Shown here piece after piece: positions 58,546 through 64,000 of a DNA stretch of 64,000 nt. Below the pieces are notes generated by a model. That model was given only the letters and a program-made list of their open reading frames with translations. It was not told where the DNA came from and did not search any database. The DNA is taken from assembly GCA_038064415.1 (NCBI GenBank), contig JBBTTD010000001.1:13738-77737 (forward strand). Reading direction: 5' to 3'. Each line of letters starts with the position of its first letter. The first letter of the stretch is position 1. A program made the position numbers and the translations under genes. This stretch comes from Patescibacteria group bacterium (lineage in GTDB: Bacteria > Patescibacteriota > Minisyncoccia > Phycocordibacterales > PALSA-1337).

Positions 58546-59714
58546 TCATTTATGTTATAATATTCTCAATGTTTTTCTCGCATAAATATGGCACGCTAAA
58601 TTTAGTACTTGATCTCCAAAGTTCAGTCGTTCGTGGTGCTTTAGTTGAGATGAGAGAGGGTAAGTCTCCTTTAGTGTTATTTACTTACGATGTGGCAATT
58701 CCTTATAGATCAAATTCTGGAAGCGAATATTTAATTAAAGCGACACTCAACGCAGTCAATGAAGTAATCAATGAAACATTAAAACACCTCCATATTCGGT
58801 CATCTGTTGAAAAAATTCCAAAAAAGATTTCAGAGATAAATTATGTTTTGTCTTCCCCTTGGATTATTTCTCAAGCTAGGACACTCTCACTTGTTTTCAA
58901 AAAGAATACTTCAGTTGACAAGTCGTTCATTTTGGATTTGATTGTCAAAGAACGATCAAAGATTTTACCAAAAGGAAATGAGAGTGTTGTCATTATTGAG
59001 GAGAAAGTCTTTGACGTTAGATTGAATGGATATTCAGTCACTTCTTGGAGTGAACAAGAAGCTCGTAACCTAGAAGTGTCCTTTGTATTTAGCGCCGCCG
59101 GCAAGAAAATTATTGAAAAACTCGTAAAAGCGTGCGGTCACGCTGTTCATCATAATCAAGTAAAATTTCATTCCTCGCTTTTTCTCCAGCACATTTCAAT
59201 CCAAAAGCTCTTTCCCGATAGATCAAGTTACGCGCTAGTTCATATTCACGGGGAACTTACCGATGTCATAGTCATTGATTCGCAAGCATGCATATTTTTA
59301 GGATCTTATCCTTTTGGAATAAGAACAATTATCAGAAATCTGTCCGACGAATTGAAAATTGACGAAAATACCGCAGAATCAATGTTAACAATAGCAGTTA
59401 GCGATCACTTTGACCCCAACCACGCAAAAAAAGAATCGGAGGGTATAACAAAGGTAAAAAGACTCTGGATTGATAAGTTTCAAAAACTACTTGACGCCAA
59501 CCCCGAAAAGATTGTTATTCCTCGTTATACTATTATTTCCGCCCATTCACATGAGGATTTCTTCAAAACAATTTTTTTGGAAACATACCCGCTATCGTTA
59601 CAATTGTTAAGTCTAGATGATGTCTTCCCACACATTGAATACGATATTCACGCGGAGAGAAAGATGATGGTTGGACTTTATATTATAGCCATTCGCAGTT
59701 TAGATAATGATTAA
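58542..59714 (+). CDS. Actin-like ATPase-fold protein, PilM/FtsA-like
   Basis: N-terminus LVLDLQSSVVRGALVEM resembles the phosphate-1 motif of PilM/FtsA (LGLDIGSSSIKLV). Low sequence similarity otherwise. Confidence 0.35.
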   Translation: MIIYVIIFSMFFSHKYGTLNLVLDLQSSVVRGALVEMREGKSPLVLFTYDVAIPYRSNSGSEYLIKATLNAVNEVINETLKHLHIRSSVEKIPKKISEINYVLSSPWIISQARTLSLVFKKNTSVDKSFILDLIVKERSKILPKGNESVVIIEEKVFDVRLNGYSVTSWSEQEARNLEVSFVFSAAGKKIIEKLVKACGHAVHHNQVKFHSSLFLQHISIQKLFPDRSSYALVHIHGELTDVIVIDSQACIFLGSYPFGIRTIIRNLSDELKIDENTAESMLTIAVSDHFDPNHAKKESEGITKVKRLWIDKFQKLLDANPEKIVIPRYTIISAHSHEDFFKTIFLETYPLSLQLLSLDDVFPHIEYDIHAERKMMVGLYIIAIRSLDND

Positions 59715-59739
59715 TTATATGGTATAGTACTTCTATATT

Positions 59740-61176
59740 ATGCCTCGTCGAGTTCAAGATATAGTACCAAATAGCCATCGCTCAATACGGGATGTACCTG
59801 TAGAGCGAAATCGCGCAGACGCTTCTATTCAGCAATCAAAAGAAAAGACTAGCTCAAAGCCAAAGATACATACGACAGAGGTTCGTCTTTCGGACAAAGA
59901 AAAAATAACTGGTGATTTGGTGCTTGTTAACAAAGATTCCAAAATAAATCAAAAAGATCTAAATATCCCGGTAAAACGCATATCTGTCACTCCACCGCAT
60001 CATTCAAAAAAGAAAGGGTCCAATAAAGGGCTGTTGATTTTAGTGGGTATCGTCGTTATCGTCGCGGGAACAGGTTATGTCGCGTCGGTGTATTTTTCCA
60101 AAGCGACATTCACTTTACAATCGAGAGTTGTTCCAATAACGGTAAACAGCACTTACATAGCGCAGAATGCCGGAATCAAAAGTCCGTTGTCTTATGAGTT
60201 GTCCGTCGTGAAAAATAGTTCTTCAATTACGGTATCAGCGGTAGATGGCGCTCAAATATCCACAACCGCAAAGGGTAAAGTCACTGTGTACAACTCATAC
60301 AGTTCAGGATCTCAAAGACTGGTCGCCGGAACAAGACTTTCTGATGACACTGGTCGAATATATCGTCTAACTAGTTCAATAACTATCCCGGGATATACTA
60401 ATGCTAAGGGTACAATAACGCCTGGAAGCATTGTAACGACGGTTTCCGCTGACAAACCTGGAGAATCATATAATATTTCTCGAAGCGATTCCATCAGTGA
60501 TTTTAAGATTGTCGCTTATAAAGGAACCGCTAGATACGATAGCATGTATGCCAGACTTGCTAGTGATATTAGTGGCGGATTTATTGGTAAAAAGAAAACT
60601 ATTAGCTCGGACATTCTCGCTTCTAGCACGGCAATGTTGCAAGCCAAAATTACCGCGACACTTTTGAGTCAGGTTAAAGAAAATATACCTGAAGGATACA
60701 TTATGTATGCTAACAGTTATGTCACATCATTTGGAACTCCGACAATTGGCGGAACCGATTCAAAAACCGCGGTTATAACATTACAGGGAACACTTTATGG
60801 AATACTTTTTAAAAAGACCGAATTGGTAAATCGTATAGCTGGTCAAACTGCTGTTGACCAGTTTGAAAATTATGCGTATGACACTCCTGGTCTTGATAAT
60901 TTGGAATTCAGCATCTCAAACAAAAAAGATTTCTCTCCAGAAAAGAAAAACACTCTAATTATTAACCTTAAAGGTGATGCCTTGCTTGTCGGCTCAATAC
61001 CGGTTGAGACTTTAAAGGCAGAATTGGCTGGATTATCTTTGTCAGAGACTCGAGCTATTCTGATAAAATACAAACCCGTGATAGATGTTGAGAATAGTTC
61101 AGGTGAAGTTACACCCCCATGGTCGAGGGTACCGAGTGTTTCTGATAGAATAGCAATCAAGATCTTGACGAAATAG
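59740..61176 (+). CDS. Hypothetical bitopic membrane protein with a large extracytoplasmic beta-rich domain
   Basis: Basic N-terminus, one TM helix ([22 protein letters not shown]), then a Ser/Thr-rich 400-aa domain. Confidence 0.4.
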   Translation: MPRRVQDIVPNSHRSIRDVPVERNRADASIQQSKEKTSSKPKIHTTEVRLSDKEKITGDLVLVNKDSKINQKDLNIPVKRISVTPPHHSKKKGSNKGLLILVGIVVIVAGTGYVASVYFSKATFTLQSRVVPITVNSTYIAQNAGIKSPLSYELSVVKNSSSITVSAVDGAQISTTAKGKVTVYNSYSSGSQRLVAGTRLSDDTGRIYRLTSSITIPGYTNAKGTITPGSIVTTVSADKPGESYNISRSDSISDFKIVAYKGTARYDSMYARLASDISGGFIGKKKTISSDILASSTAMLQAKITATLLSQVKENIPEGYIMYANSYVTSFGTPTIGGTDSKTAVITLQGTLYGILFKKTELVNRIAGQTAVDQFENYAYDTPGLDNLEFSISNKKDFSPEKKNTLIINLKGDALLVGSIPVETLKAELAGLSLSETRAILIKYKPVIDVENSSGEVTPPWSRVPSVSDRIAIKILTK

Positions 61177-61180
61177 CCTC

Positions 61181-61438
61181 TTGTCTGCTAGTATTGTCAG
61201 ACGCGCTAAATACGAAATGGACACTGCGCCAAAATCCAAAAATACCGCAAGCGGCATTGTCGTTGAGGCGTTGCCGAATACGCTATTTAGAGTTGAACTC
61301 CAAGATTCCAAGGAAATTATTTTGGCATATCTTGCTGGTAAAATGCGAATGAATCGCATTAGAGTACTCATTGGAGATAAAGTCGAACTGGAACTGGATC
61401 CATACGGAGGTAGAGCTAGGATCACAAGACGTCTATAA
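61181..61438 (+). CDS. infA: Translation initiation factor IF-1
   Basis: [51 protein letters not shown]; the true start may be the Met at 61217 (MDTAPKS). Confidence 0.85.
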   Translation: MSASIVRRAKYEMDTAPKSKNTASGIVVEALPNTLFRVELQDSKEIILAYLAGKMRMNRIRVLIGDKVELELDPYGGRARITRRL

Positions 61439-61439
61439 A

Positions 61440-61556
61440 ATGAAAGTTAAAGCATCAGTAAAACGAATTTGTCCAAAGTGTACCGTCGTTCGGCGAGGGG
61501 GATATGTTTATGTGGTCTGCAAATCAAATCCAAGACATAAACAACGCCAAGGGTAA
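61440..61556 (+). CDS. rpmJ: 50S ribosomal protein L36
   Basis: [38 protein letters not shown], beginning 2 nt after the infA stop. Confidence 0.9.
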   Translation: MKVKASVKRICPKCTVVRRGGYVYVVCKSNPRHKQRQG

Positions 61557-61641
61557 GAAACAGGAGATGAAAAACCAAAATATCAAGTCATGTCTTATAC
61601 CTCTTAGCTCACTATTTTAAAATAAATCATTATATAACACC

Positions 61642-62022
61642 ATGCGTATCTTAGGCATAACAGTTCCGGAAAATAAGCGACTAGAGTTCGCTCTTACTGC
61701 TATATATGGCGTCGGTCGTTCACGAGCCAAACTCATCTTAAATAAGACAAGGGTTGACGGAGGATTAAAATCCAAAGATTTGACTGTTGAACAAGAAAAT
61801 GAGATTCGGAAATTGGTTGAAAGTTTTAAGATTGAAGGTGATCTAAAGCGTGAAGTTGCGGGTAATGTTAAACGTTTGAAAGACATCAAAGCATATCGCG
61901 GACTACGACACGCTCGCCACTTACCGACTAGAGGTCAAAGAACAAAGACCAATTCTAGGACAGTCAGGGGAAATGTTCGCAAAACGATGGGATCGGGTAA
62001 GCGTAAGGAAGAGAAGAAATAA
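61642..62022 (+). CDS. rpsM: 30S ribosomal protein S13
   Basis: MRILGITVPENKRLEFALTAIYGVGRSRA. Confidence 0.9.
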   Translation: MRILGITVPENKRLEFALTAIYGVGRSRAKLILNKTRVDGGLKSKDLTVEQENEIRKLVESFKIEGDLKREVAGNVKRLKDIKAYRGLRHARHLPTRGQRTKTNSRTVRGNVRKTMGSGKRKEEKK

Positions 62023-62030
62023 AAAATAAC

Positions 62031-62459
62031 ATGGGTAAAAAAAGAATTGTCACAACTGGCGGAAATGAAATAACTGATGCAAAAAAGGCACCAGTTGTCT
62101 CAGCCAAGAAGCGCTTGGACTCGGGAATTTTGCATGTCCAATCAACATACAACAATACCAAAGTCATGCTAACAGATACTAAAGGCAACGCTATAATGTG
62201 GGGTTCAAGTGGTGGGGCTGGTTTTCGCGGCGCAAAGAAAGGGACGCCATTTGCGGCCGCAAAAGTAGGAGAAACTTTAGCGCTTAAGGCGCAAAATATT
62301 GGCCTGAAAGAGGTCGCAGTTGTAGTAAAAGGTGTTGGTTCTGGTCGTGAATCAGCAATCCGTGGATTCATAAGCAAAGGGATTATCATCACATCTATCA
62401 AGGATATGACCCCGATACCATTCAATGGCCCACAACCAAAAAAGCCAAGACGCGTATAA
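62031..62459 (+). CDS. rpsK: 30S ribosomal protein S11
   Basis: GILHVQSTYNNTKVMLTDTKGNAIMWGSSG. Confidence 0.9.
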   Translation: MGKKRIVTTGGNEITDAKKAPVVSAKKRLDSGILHVQSTYNNTKVMLTDTKGNAIMWGSSGGAGFRGAKKGTPFAAAKVGETLALKAQNIGLKEVAVVVKGVGSGRESAIRGFISKGIIITSIKDMTPIPFNGPQPKKPRRV

Positions 62460-62503
62460 TATCCATACTTTTTATTTAATATTTATATAATTTATTTACC
62501 ATC

Positions 62504-63109
62504 ATGTTGATCGGTCCACGATACAAAAAAGCTCGATACCTAGGTGCCGCAGTCTTCAGAAAGACTCAAACTCCGAAGTATGCGATGCGTTCACAACGCA
62601 AAACAAAGACTACCAAGCGTCGTGGTCAGAAAAGTGAGTATGGACGACAGTTATTGGAAAAACAGAAAGCTCGATATAGCTATGGTGTTTCTGGGGGTCA
62701 ATTTACTAACTATGTAAAGTCAGCTTTACAGACCAAGGGTGATAATGCCAAGAACCTTCTTCGAATATTGGAGGGTCGTCTAGACAATATAGTTTTGCGC
62801 GCTGGTTTCGCATTGAGTCGTTCGGCGGCTCGTCAAATGGTGTCTCATGGACATATTTGCGTAAATGGAAAAATTACTAACATCCCTTCATATCAAGTAA
62901 AAATTGGCGAAATTATTACTATCCGCGAAGGTAGTAAGAATAAAGTTATTTTTAGTAGATTGGATGAAGAGTTCAAAAATATGAAGTGGCCATTATGGTT
63001 GAAAGTGGATGCTGACAAAAGGGAAATCAAGGTTGAAGGTGATCCTAGTACCGATTTGAGTGAACTGCTTTTTGATGTTCGTTCAGTGCTTGAGTTCTAT
63101 ACTCGCTAG
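62504..63109 (+). CDS. rpsD: 30S ribosomal protein S4
   Basis: GPRYKKARYLG N-terminus and an S4 domain (RLDNIVLRAGFALSRSAARQMVSHGHICVNG). Confidence 0.9.
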   Translation: MLIGPRYKKARYLGAAVFRKTQTPKYAMRSQRKTKTTKRRGQKSEYGRQLLEKQKARYSYGVSGGQFTNYVKSALQTKGDNAKNLLRILEGRLDNIVLRAGFALSRSAARQMVSHGHICVNGKITNIPSYQVKIGEIITIREGSKNKVIFSRLDEEFKNMKWPLWLKVDADKREIKVEGDPSTDLSELLFDVRSVLEFYTR

Positions 63110-63160
63110 ACAAGAACTGTTTTTAATGTATAATTAATCTTCTATTATTTTATAAATACT

Positions 63161-64000
63161 ATGACACACGACCTCATCTTACCTTCAAAGCCAAGAATTA
63201 TTAGTGAACAAGGCGCCAACGGAGTTTATGAAATTGATGGTCTTTATCCAGGTTATGGACACACCCTCGGCAATTCTCTTCGTCGAATCATCCTTTCATC
63301 TTTACCGGGAGCAGCCGTTACCAAAGTCAAAATCAGTGGCGTGGAGCATGAATTTTCCACTATTGATGGAGTTAAGGAAGATGTCATAAACATTCTACTT
63401 GCTTTGAAGAAATTACGTGTTCATCTGACTACAGATGAACCAGTGTTATTAAACCTTAAGGTCAAGGGAATCAAACAGGTTACAGCCAAAGACATTGACG
63501 CTCCAGGTCAAGTTGAAATTCTCAATAAAGATCTGCATATTGCATCATTGACTGAAAAATCTTCAGAACTTGATATAGAAATTACAGTTGAAAAAGGTCT
63601 TGGATATGTTTCAAAAGAAGTTATCCAAAAAGAGCGAGTTGACATTGGTTCAATAACTTTAGACGCAGCATTCACGCCGATTCGCAAAGCAAACTATGAA
63701 GTTGAAAATATGCGTGTTGGCGACCGAACAGATTTCAATCGTCTTCGTCTAATGATAGAAACTGATGGCACTATCACTCCTCGTGAAGCACTTGAGCAAT
63801 CAATAACTATTATGATTCATCAGCTCAAAGCTGTTATCGGCTTTGTTGAAAAAGAGGAGAAGTCAAAAGATGCCGAAGAAGTTTCCAATGAAAAATCAGC
63901 CGGAGCAGAAGGATCACTCAAGGATGTTGATGCCGATCTTTTGAAAACTCGGGTTGATTCGCTTGGTTTTTCATCACGAACCGCCAAAGCTTTAATGAAC
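63161..64000 (+). CDS. rpoA: DNA-directed RNA polymerase subunit alpha (3' end beyond the window)
   Basis: From the ATG at 63161: MTHDLILPSKPRIISEQGANGVYEIDGLYPGYGHTLGNSLRRIILSSLPGAAV. The open frame continues to the window end, which is why it is absent from the ORF track. Confidence 0.85.
   Translation, partial: MTHDLILPSKPRIISEQGANGVYEIDGLYPGYGHTLGNSLRRIILSSLPGAAVTKVKISGVEHEFSTIDGVKEDVINILLALKKLRVHLTTDEPVLLNLKVKGIKQVTAKDIDAPGQVEILNKDLHIASLTEKSSELDIEITVEKGLGYVSKEVIQKERVDIGSITLDAAFTPIRKANYEVENMRVGDRTDFNRLRLMIETDGTITPREALEQSITIMIHQLKAVIGFVEKEEKSKDAEEVSNEKSAGAEGSLKDVDADLLKTRVDSLGFSSRTAKALMN

Overview
This 64-kb window looks like a low-GC, gene-dense segment of a reduced bacterial genome of the Patescibacteria/CPR type. 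The evidence is short core enzymes (UvrC without its C-terminal HhH, ValRS and AlaRS without C-terminal domains), type IV pilus genes, many short intergenic regions and ribosomal/RNAP core genes. Recognisable content on the + strand unless noted:
- uvrB, a receiver-only response regulator, uvrA and uvrC.
- ddl; a 7TM sensor kinase; zwf.
- A dcw-type block: mraZ, rsmH, ftsL, ftsI, a Mur ligase.
- A cytochrome-b5-domain protein, a DoxX-like protein and cspA.
- valS and two GC-richer secreted repeat/Gly-rich proteins.
- A cysteine desulfurase, then rpsP, a KH protein and trmD.
- rpoB and rpoC, split by an inserted 180-aa gene.
- A membrane bPH + Schlafen/AlbA_2 protein; typA (- strand).
- A type IV pilus block: PilB/GspE ATPase, PilC/GspF platform, a large pseudopilin and a classic prepilin.
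- A roughly 800-bp ORF-free stretch, then ychF.
- leuS carrying a complete alpha/beta serine-hydrolase domain.
- A sigma-70 region 4 + HARE-HTH protein, mltG, mnmA.
- An ATP-cone + Mrr-like nuclease, a family-4 UDG, alaS.
- infA, rpmJ, rpsM, rpsK, rpsD and the start of rpoA.

Four tRNA genes are present: tRNA-Ala(TGC), tRNA-Ala(GGC), an atypical tRNA with anticodon CGC, and tRNA-Glu(CTC). I found no rRNA, CRISPR array, transposase or integrase.

The most unusual observations:
1. A family of GC-rich palindromic intergenic elements (core AAGGTCGGACCTT, and a second type GTGAAGGTCAGGCCTTCAC). They recur after or between genes; one copy sits inside the ychF coding sequence.
2. Three very long perfect inverted-repeat elements (30-36 bp arms) immediately after zwf, rpoC and leuS.
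3. An in-frame GC-rich hairpin insertion inside the cysteine desulfurase gene. It resembles the Rickettsia palindromic elements (RPEs) that insert in-frame into protein-coding genes.
4. A YdeN/RBBP9-type serine hydrolase domain inserted into LeuS just before the editing domain.
5. Several accessory genes (SLFN-like, sigma4-HARE) bracketed by these repeat elements.
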